DNA of 64,000 nucleotides from Octopus vulgaris (GCA_951406725.2 OX597824.1:33294001-33358000), one strand, 5' to 3'; positions 41,353-55,924 are shown, counted from the stretch's first letter. The notes: generated by a model not told the origin, from the letters alone. Made by a program: numbers and translations.

Positions 41353-41983
41353 CCACTATTAAGTGGTGTGCTTCAACTCAGACATTTAAACATCTTTCCA
41401 TATGATAGGTTCATACGAACAACAGTGTTGATCATTTTACAACTTCCCTGTAAAAGGAAGAAAAAGTGTCTTGTGCCAACGAGATGACGTTGGTATTGAA
41501 AATTGATGTTACAAAAGTTTAAGTTATGAAAAACTGCCAATGTGCTGGTGATGTTTCAGTTACCAGGCAACTAAAATATCTTGATATCTAATGTTTGCTG
41601 ATACATTGGCCCAGTCAACAAATTATTGTGTTTGAAACCAAATCGTGCCATAAAGGCGCACGAGTTAATCAATAAAATTAAAAGGATCCTCAGACACGAG
41701 GAATTCTTTATGGGGATTTTTGGCAATATTTCGAATAATAGGTCTAAATCACGGAAAGGAAAGAATGAGACAACGGGAAATGGTCCAAGAAGCTATCGGC
41801 AGAATGTACATGACGTGCTTACTGCTAACAATATTGTTTGTAAAGAATATTAAGCACACATCTTTCAGAAATTGGTCGAGAAAGAGGAACAGTGCTTGAA
41901 AGAAATCTGAACCACGCATTCCAGTGAAATGCTTAGAAATTTCAAAAAATAACGGTATGCTCTGGTGACCAGTTTATTATAAA

Positions 41984-42137
41984 GGAGTGGCTGTGTGGTA
42001 AGTAGCTTGCTTACGAACCACATGGTTCTGGGTTCAGTCCCACTGTGTGGCACCTTGGGCAAATGTCTTCTACTATAGCCTCGGACCGGTCAAAGCCTTC
42101 GAAGTGGATTTGGCAGACGGAAACTGAAAGAAGCCCG

Positions 42138-42195
<58 letters not shown>

Positions 42196-42330
42196 TTGTG
42201 TGTGTATGTGTGCGTGTGTTCCATCACCTCCTGACAACCAGTGTTGGTTTGTTTACGTCCCTGTAACTTATATAAATACCAGGCTGTTCAAAATAGTACT
42301 GAGGTTGATTCGTTCGACTAACATTCTTCA
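41984..42330 (+). mobile_element. SINE family B with (TG)n slot
   Basis: Family B motifs. Confidence 0.85.
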
Positions 42331-42528
42331 AAAAAGATACTGAAAATGTTAACAATGAGTATATTCAAATGCTAAACAATGACCGAACATTTACATTTGA
42401 AGCTTTTTGAGAAATAGACATTAAGTTTTTCTTCTCCTTTCTTTAACCTGTTTCCATCATTAGACTGCAGCCACGCTGGGGCACCACCTCCAAGTATTTT
42501 TGGTCGAATGAATCTACCTCAGTACTTA

Positions 42529-42987
42529 GGATCTTTACCCTTTGAACGGCAGGTCGAGAAATTAATTTTTTGTAACTAAACACTTTCAAACTTCGGACAC
42601 TGGTAGAATGTGTCATATAAAACATCTTTTACTCTTAGTAATGTTGAGAAAAGTTTATATTTTCAAAGTTATTTCGTGTTAAAATTGTCGTACAAACGCA
42701 CGAACGATGTCATGAATAACAGTGACAACGAAATATACACCGCCGGAAGTTGTTGTTGACAAACAACAGCGGTAATTTTATTCAGCTGAATACACGTCAT
42801 TGATTGGTTGAAATTACCGAAATACGACAACTTTAACACGAAATAACTTCGTAAATAGAGACTTTTCTCAAAATCGCTAACAGTAAAATATGTTTTATAT
42901 GACACATTCTACCAGAGTCCGAAGTTTGAAGGTGTTTAGTTACCAAAAACTTAATTTCTCGATCTGCCGTTCAAAGGGAAAAGATCA
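42529..42987. mobile_element. MITE of the 2886 family, internally deleted, inserted in a SINE B
   Basis: GGATCTTTACCCTTTGAACGGCAG..CTGCCGTTCAAAGGGAAAAGATCA; perfect TSD AGTACTTA at 42521-42528 and 42988-42995. Confidence 0.9.
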
Positions 42988-43069
42988 AGTACTTATTTTT
43001 TGTGTTTGGCCAAACCGCTATGTTACGGGGACGTAAACTCACCAACACCTTGTTGTCATGGATAAATAA

Positions 43070-44450
43070 TTCATTGACATCGCAGGTGATACAGGTAAAG
43101 CATATTTGCTACAGGAATTCTTGTATATACATAAGAACGACCACACAGTTTTTGCTACAGTCTCATCTGGCATTACCGTAACATTATTGAAGCAAGGCCG
43201 CTCTGCGTATTCAAGAATCAAGTTACCGATATTTGCAATTTCAGGCTTAACTTGTAAATTATCTCTCCTTAATGTTACATAACATTTGGAATGAATCACC
43301 TACGAGTCACTTTCATATTTTAACTCACAGGATTGAACCCTGACAAATGTGATGAATAAACAAGTCATCATTTAATCAGAAAGTGCCTCTTATCGAAATT
43401 ATTTCCAGCAGACTTTTTCCGTAATACGAACATGACGGTATTGAGTTATAAGCACATGTTTGAAAACAACTTGCACTTGGAGAACTTGTAAGACTTTCCG
43501 TCTTAACACTACTATAAGGGGTAATATTTATCCCCACTCAAAAGTGAGTGTTTTGTTAGAACAATCTATACTACGGTAGTTACCATGAGAGAAAATCTCA
43601 GATTGGTTTTTGATGTAAAATGCACGCTTGTTTATATTGCTAGCAGAGAGATAAATCCCCGCCACCTCTAGCGCCGAGACCACCACATCACTTGATTTCA
43701 ACCTTCCTTGGGCTTGTCAATTATGGACCCACGACTGCTAGAGATAGTATCGATTCATCTCCACCGGCGATCGAGCTGGCAGAATCGTTAGCACGCCGGG
43801 CGAAATGCTCAGCAGTATTTCGTCTGTCGTTACGTTCTGGGTTCAAACACCGCCGAGGTCGACTTTGCCCTTCATCCTTTCGGGGTCGATAAATAAAGTA
43901 CCAGTTGCGCACTGGGGTCGATGTAGTTGACTTAATCCCTTTGTCTGTCTTTGTTTGTCCCCTCTATGTTTAGCCCCTTGTGGGCAATAAAGAAATATAT
44001 AGAATAAGAGTTCTAAATTGTCTCTAAACCAACAGTATCATGTCTTGAGTTCAACAGTGTGTTATATTGATTCGGTGGTGCAACTATGTGACAGCAGAAT
44101 TCTTACCGCTCTTACTACCATAAATGCTGATGCCACTGAAATTCCTTCCCATGTTTATACAAATAGCGAAGAAGATTTCCCATATAGACAAAACTTTACA
44201 GACGAAGTTTAACTGTTTTCCATAGATATCATCGCGATCTTTTTTAATTTTTAAAATCTGAAGAAGTTTACAAACTTGACAGCGAAAACTAAGCAGGAAA
44301 ACTTTCAGGAGAGATTATTATTGTCAAACGTGTTGTCACTGTTGCCAAAAAGGTCCAAGAAGTTCTATACTCACCATAATTTAATTCCTTCAACACCAAG
44401 ATTTACCATCTCACGTTATCAAAGTAAAAGTTGACAATGTCGAGAAATCA
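43070..44450 (+). pseudogene. Helitron RepHel PIF1-like helicase relic, interrupted by SINE A (43766-43998)
   Basis: FIDIAGDTGKAYLL..ATVSSGITVTLLKQGRSAYSRIKLP (Walker A and ASSGIAA/GRTAHS motifs); later FQQTFSVI..CLKTTCTW and DLPSHVIKVKV (GLPPH.L.LKVG-like); many stops and frameshifts. Confidence 0.75.
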
Positions 44451-45184
44451 TGATCTCTGACCTGGTCACTGTAGCATCTTTTATCTTTTACTTGTTACAG
44501 TCATTAGACTGCGGCCATACTGGGACACTGCTTTGAAGAGAGGTTACAGAGTTTTATCTGCAACTGACGCTCTGATGAACGCAAATCAATTGACTAGAGT
44601 TGACGCAGGACGTACTTAGCTAACTCCCCGCGAACATGCAGTGATACCGGATGATAACAATGAAGCGATTTGATACAATCACACACTTCCATATTAAACA
44701 AGAACAACACAAATACGGTAAACCTTGGAGTGTATTAAGTCCAAGAACTCATAGCGCTGATCATCCGATTTCATTGCGCTTAAGTGACCGAGATCCCAGC
44801 GTTCTCTCCTGAACGAGACTCCATGGTTACTAATTTACGGATAAGTAGAAATGCGGCGAGCTGGTAAAATGTTTAGCAGCATTCCATCCGTCTTCATGTT
44901 CTGAGTTCAAATTCTGCCGAGGTCGACTTTGTCTTTCATCCTTTCGAGGCAGATACAATAAGATCCAGTTGATAAATGGGATCGATGTAATCGATTTACC
45001 CACTTCCCAAAGCTTACTGGCTTTGTGTCAAAATTTGAAACCGATTTACAACTGAGTAGGGTGAAACAACGTGAAATGAAGTATATTGTTGGAGAACATA
45101 ACACACTGCCCGGTCCGAGAATCGAAACCAAGACTGCACGAGTGGCTTCCTAATCAAAAGGTCAGGGACCTTCAAAACAAATAT

Positions 45185-45455
45185 TTATTTATTTATTTAT
45201 GAGCCCTTTTCAAGCCTAGCCAGGCTCATGGGCCCGGTTTCCCAGTTTCTGTGGCGTATGCGTTCCCCCTCAGCTGGACGGGATGCCAGTCCATCGCAGC
45301 GTTACTCAAGAAACAGGAAGAAAGAGTGAGAGAAACTTGGGGCGAAAGAGTACAACAGGGGTCGCCAGCACCCCTTGCCGGAGATTCGTAGAGCTTTTAG
45401 GTATTTTCGCTCAATAAACACACACAACGCCTGGTCTGGGAATCGAAACCACGAT
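45185..45455 (-). mobile_element. Chimeric SINE: family C head with family D tail
   Basis: cgctcaataaacac..ggtctgggaatcgaaacc (C head) joined to gcgatggactggcatcccgtccagctg..gggcccatgagcc (D tail). Confidence 0.75.
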
Positions 45456-45959
45456 TCGCATCACGTTGCGAATCCTGATTGTTTAAAACCGAACAACGGA
45501 AAGCTTTCAGAAAACTACTACTGCACGGTTTGGGAATGCTTATTCCGAAATTCCTGCAATAACTCAAACCTAAATATTCGCGAGTGTGGTTTTTACGAAG
45601 CGGAAGTAGTAAATAAGTGAAGAAATTTAAAGATGGCTACAGGAAGTAAACAGAGATCTGGATCTCTCCGCATTCAATACTCCTGCCACCATTCTTATCA
45701 CTCTACCTCCTCCCCTCACGATCGTCATGTGACTAGGGATTAGATCGGACCTGTTTATATTCGATATATCCTACCATTACTCATCTGCTATCACTGCCGG
45801 TCATTACTCCCTCTCCCTCCGCAAGCTACTATTTATTGACATCTGTCGTGCTATCTCGCAATTGCTCATCCTCTTGTGACATCTATTATTATCTCTCACT
45901 ATCGTCCATCTCTGTTACTGTTACACACATACAAAACACACCCATCCACACTCTCACTG

Positions 45960-46015
45960 TCAGTCTGACTGTCTTTGTCTCTGTCTCTCTCTTTCTCTGT
46001 CTGTATGTCTCTCTC

Positions 46016-46058
<43 letters not shown>

Positions 46059-46202
46059 TTCTCTGTCTCTGTCTCTGTCTGTCTCTCTCTCTCTGTCTCT
46101 GTCTGTCTCTCTGTCTCTGTCTGTCTGTCTCTCTCCCTCTCTTTCTCTCTCTCTCTTTCTCTTTCTCTCTCTCACTTTCTCTCTCTCTCTCTCTCTCGCT
46201 CG

Positions 46203-46278
<76 letters not shown>

Positions 46279-46304
46279 CTCTCTCTCTCCCTCTCTCTCG
46301 CTCG

Positions 46305-46374
<70 letters not shown>

Positions 46375-46381
46375 GTCTCTC
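45960..46381. repeat. ~420-bp (TC)n/(TCTG)n polypyrimidine tract
   Basis: Direct reading; source of the ER/SL ORFs. Confidence 0.95.
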
Positions 46382-46975
46382 ATGTATTAGAAACAAACGC
46401 GTACTCACACACAAGAAAAACATGCTACTGCCACCACTCTTTCCTATTATTCCCTTCTCTACCACTTTCTCGCTTCGATCACACTGTCTATCCCATTATA
46501 TTCTTTCCCTTTCTATCTCTCTTCTCTCGACTCTCTCGTCCTAGTTCTTATTCTATCATAATTTATTTATTGCACTTGCATTAAACGAAATAATTATCAC
46601 ATAAATTATGTATGCGTTTAACGATATATATTAGCACAATCAATGGGAGTCGCACTTGCATAACTTTCATGTTTATATATTTCTTGGGGGAAATTCTTAC
46701 GATTTGAGGCGAGGTGGGGGTGAAGTGGAATTTTCTTAAATTATATTCAGTTTTCGTCTCTCTTTCGCATCAAACAAGCACAGGTAACTTTTCTGTTTTG
46801 ACGCTTTTACTAACATATATTTCTGAAATAGGTCACGGGGTTTCGGGTTCAGTCTCACCGCACAGCGTCTTGGGCAAGTGTCTTCTACTACATCCTCGAG
46901 TTCAGACATGCTTTGTGAATAAATTTGATGGGTAGAAACTGTGTGAAACCCCCTGATTTGTACATGCATACATAC

Positions 46976-47006
<31 letters not shown>

Positions 47007-47755
47007 CATACATACATACATACATACATACATACATACATACATAGAAACATACATACATACGTACATACGTGTGCGTGCGAGCGTACGCACGTGAATA
47101 CATGCATTTATTAATTCATATATACATACATGCATTCAATCATGTATACATACATACATTCATACATACATATATACATACATACATTCATTAATTCATA
47201 CATACGTGCATACACACACATACACACAACATACACACACATACATACATGCATTCAATCATGTATACATACATACATTCATACATACATACATACATTC
47301 ATTAATTCATACATACGTGCATACACACACACATACACACACACACATATACACACACAGACACATGCAAACACATACATACATTACAAATACAGTTTGT
47401 AAGTGGAACAGTAAACATATGCAAGACTTTCCTCAAGTTTTATATGCGACATTGTTTTAGTTATCTACATTCCAGCGATAGAGTTTCGTATCTTTGTTAG
47501 AAACCAGCTCCTTCCTCAGAGGAAGAATTCGGTTAATAAAAAACAGATGTGTGCGCGAGCGTGCATACGTACGAGCGCGTGCATGTGTGTATGTATTTGT
47601 GTATGTCTCAAGGAGGAGGGAGTGCTATACGTCTTCAAAATTTGTTTAGTACAGTATTATTCTCATTAAGTTCCAATCCGACAAGTGTTTCTGTGGTTAC
47701 CTAAATCTAAATTATATTGGTGGTGAGGATCGCGCTAAACAGTAATAAGTAAAAC

Positions 47756-48248
47756 TGTAATGATATTATCAGTTTGAATATCTTGAGGCGCTTTCAAACT
47801 GGAGAACTAGCTACTCACTGCGTTTTATCACAGAAAATACATCCCGTTTGTTGACAAATGGTGTGTATACACCTAGATGAACTCACAGCGTCAGTTTCCC
47901 AGACTGTGAGATGCTAGTATTTCGGAGTAGCTATATCCTCTTCGTTACGAGCCGACGTATAGCATAAGGGGGTTGCCGTTTGGCACGAGCTGCCGTATAG
48001 CATAAGATAGTCACCCTCTTCAGTCAGCTCATAGTGCCGCCTGCCTGATGTCTGTTACCGAAGAGGAGATAACTACTACAAAATGCTAGCATTTCACAAT
48101 CTGGGTAGGTGGAGCTACGAGCTGATCTAGGTATATAAACACCATTTGTCAACAAACGGGATATATTTTCCAGGACAAAACACAGCGAGTAGCTTGTTCA
48201 CCGGTTCGAACGCGCCCTAAGCATATTCGGACTGATGATAACATTATA
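47756..48248. repeat. Diverged inverted repeat (~195-bp arms), each arm with a hammerhead-like motif, just upstream of a Penelope RT
   Basis: Arms ~47756-47950 and ~48050-48248 share catcccgtttgttgacaaatggtgt / acaccatttgtcaacaaacgggat and more. Confidence 0.8.
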
Positions 48249-48289
48249 AATCTGAATTATATCAGAGTACTAAGTTACCTGCCTGGAAT

Positions 48290-49430
48290 CCAAATCTTTA
48301 CGTTATAAAAGGGTTTGCGCTTCACCCCCCCTCACTCCATCCAGTAACGAATTTCAGACCCGTGCTGATATTCATAACTTTGTGCGCCGTGTCAGGCTAT
48401 ATGCACTATTCCACAACACTCCACCTGCATCTAACGAAGAGGACTGCTTCACCGACCTGGGCCGCCGACCATCCCACTGGACGCCAGTCTCTGGTCAGTT
48501 CCAAGCAGTCGATTATTTTGCGGGCATCTGCCAACGTCTTGTGGACCGGTTTAACTTTCGCAGGCGTCCCCGACATCTGAACATCTCCCCAGCCGAACTC
48601 TCGGCCCTTCGATGTTTCCGACGCCGCAAAGACATTATCATAAAATCAGCCAACGAGGATGGAGCCGTGGTGGTGTGACGCGCAGACCTCTACAAGGCTG
48701 AAGCTCTCTGTTAACTTCAAGACACCTCCTTCTATTACCCTTTGCCCTCCTACACCACGCCTAGCTATCAACAGACTGTGTCCTCCACTATCCATGACCT
48801 CATTTCCTCTTCCCGTCGCCCTCCCACTGCTCCCAACCTCATTGTCTGCACTCCACGCACCCGCACCATTTACTCCCTTCCCCAAATCTACAAGCCCAAC
48901 AACTCTGGCCGCCTCATCGTCTCCGCCTGTAACTGCCCCAGGGACTGATCTCGAAATACCTCGATCGTGTCCTTACTCCCATAGTGGCTGCCCCCCCTCA
49001 TATATCCACAACAGTATCCATACTCTTCGTCTTTTCAATCCTTTTTTCTTCCCTTCTGACACCTCTAAACTCCTCTTCATTCGTGATATCAAGAGTCTAT
49101 ATACGGTGATCCCACACAACGAATGACTTCTTGCCCTCAAACACTTCCCAGACCTTCGACCAAGCCCCCAACCTGACACATCCACGCTTTTTCGTCTGAT
49201 CGAACTTGTACCCTCCTTCAGCTGCTTCCCGTTCGCGGGGGAGTTTTACCAACAATTCTAGGGAATAACCATGGGAACGAGAAAGAGCTCCAAATATGCG
49301 AAGATATTCGTTGGCTACGTTGAGGCCCAAATATTTTCAAGATTCACTGGTCCCACTCCAGAACAATACGGTCGTTATACTGATGACTGTATCGATGCGA
49401 CCTCACTCTCCCGCGAACAATTAATACACC
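48290..49430 (+). pseudogene. Penelope-like element reverse transcriptase (degenerate)
   Basis: DIIIKSANEDGAVVV (KPADKG-like), YSLPQIYKPNNSGRLIVSACNCP, LFIRDIKSLYTVIPH, GITMGT..YAKIFVGYVE, RYTDD; frameshifts and stops. Confidence 0.9.
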
Positions 49431-49481
49431 TGCTTGTTGTTTATATACCTGTCTTCGTCTTTTGTTTATCTGTAAATTTCC

Positions 49482-49537
<56 letters not shown>

Positions 49538-49689
49538 CCTGCTTGCTTAGCCAGCGGGGTGGCGTCATTTGAAGGCTAAAACAATGCGAAGCGCACTGTG
49601 ACCAGTGATGTATAGCAACATCTGATAGCCTGGTCGGTCATGGTGATCACGGTGATATATATATATATAAGTCCTGTATTGTCCTTGCC

Positions 49690-50850
<1,161 letters not shown>

Positions 50851-50897
50851 GATTCGATTCGTTTGGTTTCGTTTGGTTTCTTCTTCTTCTCTAAGCT

Positions 50898-51200
<303 letters not shown>

Positions 51201-51684
51201 TTCATATACATTATGCGTATGTGTATATATATATGTGTTTTATCTTTTACTTATTTTACTCATTAGACTGCGACCATGTTGGTGCACCACCGCGAAAGGT
51301 TTTAGTCGAGCGAATCCACTCCAGTACTTTTTTAAAAGTCTGATACTTATTCTATTTGTGTCTTATACCGATTCGCTAAGTTAGGGGGACGAAAACAACC
51401 CAGCAGCGGTTGTCAAACAGTGGTAGGAGGACAACCACAAAGACACATGTATGTACAACTCCTAGTTTAAATGTACCAGCCTGTCGATTGGTCAGTGACC
51501 TCAAATTTACAGTTTTCAGTTTCCGTATACCAAATTCATTCACGCGTCTTTGGCCGGCCTAGGGCTATAGAAGATACTCGCCCAAGGTGCCACGTAATGA
51601 GACTGATCCATGTAATTAGGAAGACGACTTTTTACCACATAGCCACTCCTGCGCCTGCATAAGTGTATATGTGTGTATGTTTGT

Positions 51685-51990
51685 GAAGGTGCGTGGTCTA
51701 GTAATTAGAGTGCTGCACTCACGATCGCTAGATCGTGGGTTCCATACTCGGACCGGGCAGCGCGTTGTGTTCATGAACAAAATACTTCATTTTACGTTGC
51801 CCCACTGCAATCAACTGTAAATGTGTAACTCTGCGACAGACTAGTCTTCCGATCAGGGAGGATGTTAAACTGCTGGCCTAGCCAATGGGGTTAGCATCAA
51901 CCGAAAGTTAAAATGATGCAAAGCGCATTGTGGCCAGTGATGTATAACAACGTCCGATATTCCGGAAGATCATGCGATCACGTGATCACG
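51685..51990 (+). mobile_element. SINE family D-like (degenerate)
   Basis: gaaggtgcgtggtctagt..ggaccgggcagcgcgttgtgttc matches the 59570 copy. Confidence 0.7.
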
Positions 51991-52415
51991 ATATATACAT
52001 ACATCTCTCTCTCCCTCTCTCTCTCTTTCTGTCTTTCTATCGTTGTATAATGTATGTGTGTGTGTGTGTGTGTTTATGATGGACTCATACGTCAACTTTT
52101 TTGCCGACCGACCTGCACAAAGGATTAACCTCAAGGCCATATGCAAAGAGTGGAATGTTGCCACAGGGATGCCTTTGAGCTATATCCGTTTTTAATAATA
52201 ATAAGTAGTGATTAAAGAATTTAAAAATGAGCTGTGTGTATTTGTAACAAATAACATAAGCGTCGTGTTTAAAATAAGATATTTATGCAGAATTATGACG
52301 TTTCTTGTTGAATAATTTTGGCACAAATACTGGTTTTATTTTTCGGTTTTCATTTTTATATATAAGAATACATAAAACACACACACAAAATCACATACAT
52401 ACATTCACAGGCTGT

Positions 52416-52970
52416 AATTATAGACTTATTACAAGCTTTTGACTCTGGAAAGTATTAACTGGCCTCATGGCAGATAAAGTGTATAGCATCCTGGAGCGGG
52501 AGAATTTATCAAACAGAGGAACAGAAGGAATGCAAAAAGAAATGAAGAGTAACCACTGGTTTGTTATGTATTGTTAGTGTGATACTGATTGAGGCACGAA
52601 AAAGAAAGAACTTATCTGTTGGTTGCATAGATTACAAGAAAGTTTTAGTTAATGTTAAACGTTACTGGAACTTCGAGAGCCTGAGGACGTTCGGTATCAA
52701 TGTGGAGGAGAGAAGATAAACCGTTCTATTTTGCTTTTAGAAAATGCAGTGATGTCGTGAGATGTAGAACGAACATATGCACAAATAAATTTTTATGAAA
52801 CATGAAAATACACTCAGGGATATTTCAGAGAGTCGCTGTCTCCATTTCTTTTTGTCTTTGCGTTAATCTATCTCACAAAGATACTGAGAAAACTCAGCCT
52901 TGCATAAGACTTTCTCAAAACCAGGATAAAAATAAGCCTCCTTCTTATATAGATGGCCTCAAACTGTGTA
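52416..52970 (+). pseudogene. R4/Dong-type non-LTR retrotransposon RT fragment
   Basis: NYRLIT..WKVLTG..EEQKECKK..KNLSVGCIDYKK..SLSPFLFVFAL..YIDGLKL correspond to NYRPIT, EEQKGC, WIDYKKA, GDSLSP and YMDDLKL; stops present. Confidence 0.8.
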
Positions 52971-53449
52971 AATAAAAACGAGATGCAGCAGAGAATCCCT
53001 AGATTTATGTGACAAAAGATATTCTCATTAATAAAAAGTGAAATTTAATCACGTTCTGCAGCATGGATGCGAGAACGAAATTTGCTTTGGGGGTACAAAC
53101 CCAGGTCCAATATTTTTTTTACAAACAAGGTCGATTTTTTTCAATCCTATCAAAACAAACACAGGTATAATAATTAATATTAACTATCATATTTGTGCAT
53201 CAATCAAATCATAACTCCAATAATGGAAAAAATGTTCATATCAATCCAAAAATGTTTCTACGCTCGCTCGTTTTGGCGATGAAGTTTTTCGGGAGAATGT
53301 TCAAAGCGTTTTCATTGCCCCACCACCAATACCACCACCACCATCACCAAAAAATTTTAGTGGGTGCGCTAGCTCCCCCTGTACCTCCTATTCCCGAGTC
53401 TATGTCTGCCGGCTTAAACTTTTCAAAACATTTTCCTTTTATGATTGCA

Positions 53450-53670
53450 GACGCCGGTCCGTCGCAGGTGAGCTGCTAGATGCAGGAGGAAAGAGTGAGA
53501 GAAAGTTGTGGCGAAAGAGTCAGCAGAATTTCGCCATTACCTTCTGCCGGAACCGCGCGGAGCTTAGGTGTTTCGCTCATAAACACATACATCGCCCGAT
53601 CTGAGATTCGAACCCGCGATCCCTCGACCGCAAGTCCGCTGCTCTAACCACTAGGCCATGTACCTCCACT
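53450..53670 (-). mobile_element. SINE, family C-related
   Basis: tRNA-like head ggaggtacatggcctagtggttagagcagcgg..ggttcgaatc on the minus strand. Confidence 0.75.
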
Positions 53671-53897
53671 CTAATCGACTTAAGTAACCATAAACCCGTA
53701 TATTTAATTTTACCTTTTCGTCCTTGTGTTTGGCCTTATATTGCCTTATATTTGTTCGCATTTAACTATTTTGTCATGTCAGAATGAGCACCTACTTGAA
53801 TTCCATTGGAACTTTGAAAACTATGTTTTGTTTTCAGATACGTAGCATTTTTTAGTCCTTTCTCATATATTTTTATTTTTATTTATATATTTTTCTA

Positions 53898-54147
53898 GCG
53901 GCTGATGACGGTCAAGACTGATCTGGAACCCAACCTAGGCCCCCATATCTACGGCTTTCGCCGCTGGAATAAGGAGTGGCTGGAGATCACGCCTCAAATC
54001 GCCAGGCCTGGTCGGCGTTTGTGAGAGATGCAGCATTGAAGATGAATGAAGCCAGCTCAACCCACCCCGGGTGAATGCTGGAAGAAGAAGAAGAAGAAGA
54101 AGAAGAAGAAGAAGAAGAAGAAGAAGAAGAAGAAGAAGAAGAAGAAA
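53898..54147 (+). pseudogene. RTE-clade LINE extreme 3' end with (GAA)n tail
   Basis: TVKTDLEPNLGPHIYGFRRWNKEWLE..AWSAFVRDAA..ASSTHPG* followed immediately by (GAA)n. Confidence 0.7.
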
Positions 54148-54180
54148 AGTGGCTCCATTCTTGTTCAAATGTAGGAGACA

Positions 54181-54485
54181 TCTTTATATATAAAATTGAA
54201 GTTGTGTGTGTGAGACTCTGTCTCCTCCGATTTAGATTCCTAACTACTCCCACATTTTGCGGTGCAGTTTAACCAAAAGCGGGTATCTTATAGTCGTCAT
54301 TCATATCAAGCTCTTCTGGGTATTAGCGCGCGTCTACGATGAGTCTACGATTTAAAAAAAAAATTACCATCATTTTTCCGCATTTTTAATGATTTTTGCT
54401 CGGGTTATATAAAGGAAGTAACTCTAAAAATGCTTATATAGTTATTTCCCTTACAAACCCGAGCAACGAAGGGCGATACTGCTAG
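54181..54485 (+). mobile_element. Non-autonomous Helitron (same family as 37131)
   Basis: a|TC..hairpin..CTAG|t; high identity to 37131-37420. Confidence 0.85.
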
Positions 54486-54692
54486 TTTAAACTAAACCAA
54501 ATCACCAACAAGTTACACTGCTTCTTTTACACCTTTTTAATTTTGTAGATTTCCTTTAATCACATTTCATCCTTTCCCCTTACTCAATACTTATTTACAC
54601 GACCTTTCCCTTGAAAATCAAACAACCCAAACTGAACAAACAACCCTCTCATTCGTCCTTCATTCTCTCTCTCTCTCTCTCTCTCTCTGTCT

Positions 54693-54899
54693 TTCTTTTA
54701 CTCTTTTACTTGTTTCAGTTATTTGACTGCGGCCATGCTGGAGCACCGCCTTTAGTCGACCAAATCGACCCCAGGACTTATTCTTTGTAAGCCTAATACG
54801 TATTCTATCGGTCGTCTCTTTTGCCGAACCGCTAAGTTACGGGGACGTAAACACACAAGCATAGGTTGTCAAGCGATGTTGGGAGACAACAGACACACA

Positions 54900-54951
<52 letters not shown>

Positions 54952-55123
54952 CATATATACGACGGGCTTCTTTCAGTTTCCGTCTACCAAATCCACTCAC
55001 ATGGCTTTGGTCGGCCCGAGGCTATAGCAGAAGACACTTGCCCAAGGTGCCACGCAGTGGGACTGAACCCGGAACCATGTGGTTGGTAAGCAAGCTACTT
55101 ACCACACAGCCACTCCTACGCCT
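54693..55123 (-). mobile_element. SINE family B, near-intact
   Basis: Reverse complement of the full family B structure. Confidence 0.9.
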
Positions 55124-55924
55124 CGGTTTTCTTTCCTTTTTTTTTTTTGTTCTTCTGCTCAGTTAATCTCAGGTGCAGGGGGCTGTTCCGTTGATCGGAT
55201 CAACTGGAACCCTCGTCGTCGTAACCGACGGAGTACCAGTAGAGTCCCAGTCTTGAAATTATTTCATTGCAACCCTGGGACCCCTGGGTCGAAGAGTAAT
55301 ACATCACATAGCGATCAGTCTTTTGCTAGGGCGTGGTATTCTGGAGTGGAGTACGAAAGTAGTATACGCAGCATAAACTAATTCCGTTATAAATGGTTAT
55401 TAAGTGCAATCCTTTTTGTCATCAACAACAAAAGCTTACTACCGTTTAGAAAAACAACAACACCTATTTCATAAGTGATAAGGTGAGAAAAATATAACGA
55501 CAGCGACAGATAAGCTGTCTATAACTGACAGTCTTTCGTTTAAACTTCCCACTTAGACGGATACGAGATGGATGACAGCTTCAAACAACAACTGTGTGCG
55601 TTACTAACAGCAACCAAAGCCTTCGCTATCTACCTTTAAACAAAGGAGCGTAGTAGAATGAGGAGTCTGTGAAATAAAAAAAAAAGGAGAATAGGAGGTT
55701 GGCTACCATTTGTCCTATCAAAATCAATATAATTTTCAATATCATTAATGGCAACAAGCAACGACAAAAGCAAGCAATAGAAGCTAGGATGATATATATA
55801 TATATATATATATATATGGCAAATAAAATAATAAATATAAAACTGAACTACTAGTATCAGTCACAATGAAAGTAGCTGAAACAACATCTTTAAACAATGA
55901 CTGCAGCTACAACAACTGCACTAG

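Noticed and set aside
41700-41970. Possible DNA-transposase remnant (IVCKE..RNW..IPVK); also 11300-11950 and 25800-26600
   Set aside because: Only a few residues are suggestive; cannot be supported without a profile search.
45836-46544. Arg/Glu-rich and Ser/Leu-rich ORFs
   Set aside because: Translations of the (TC)n tract.
54075-54272. Poly-Glu ORF
   Set aside because: The (GAA)n is the tail of an RTE fragment and the ORF runs into a Helitron.
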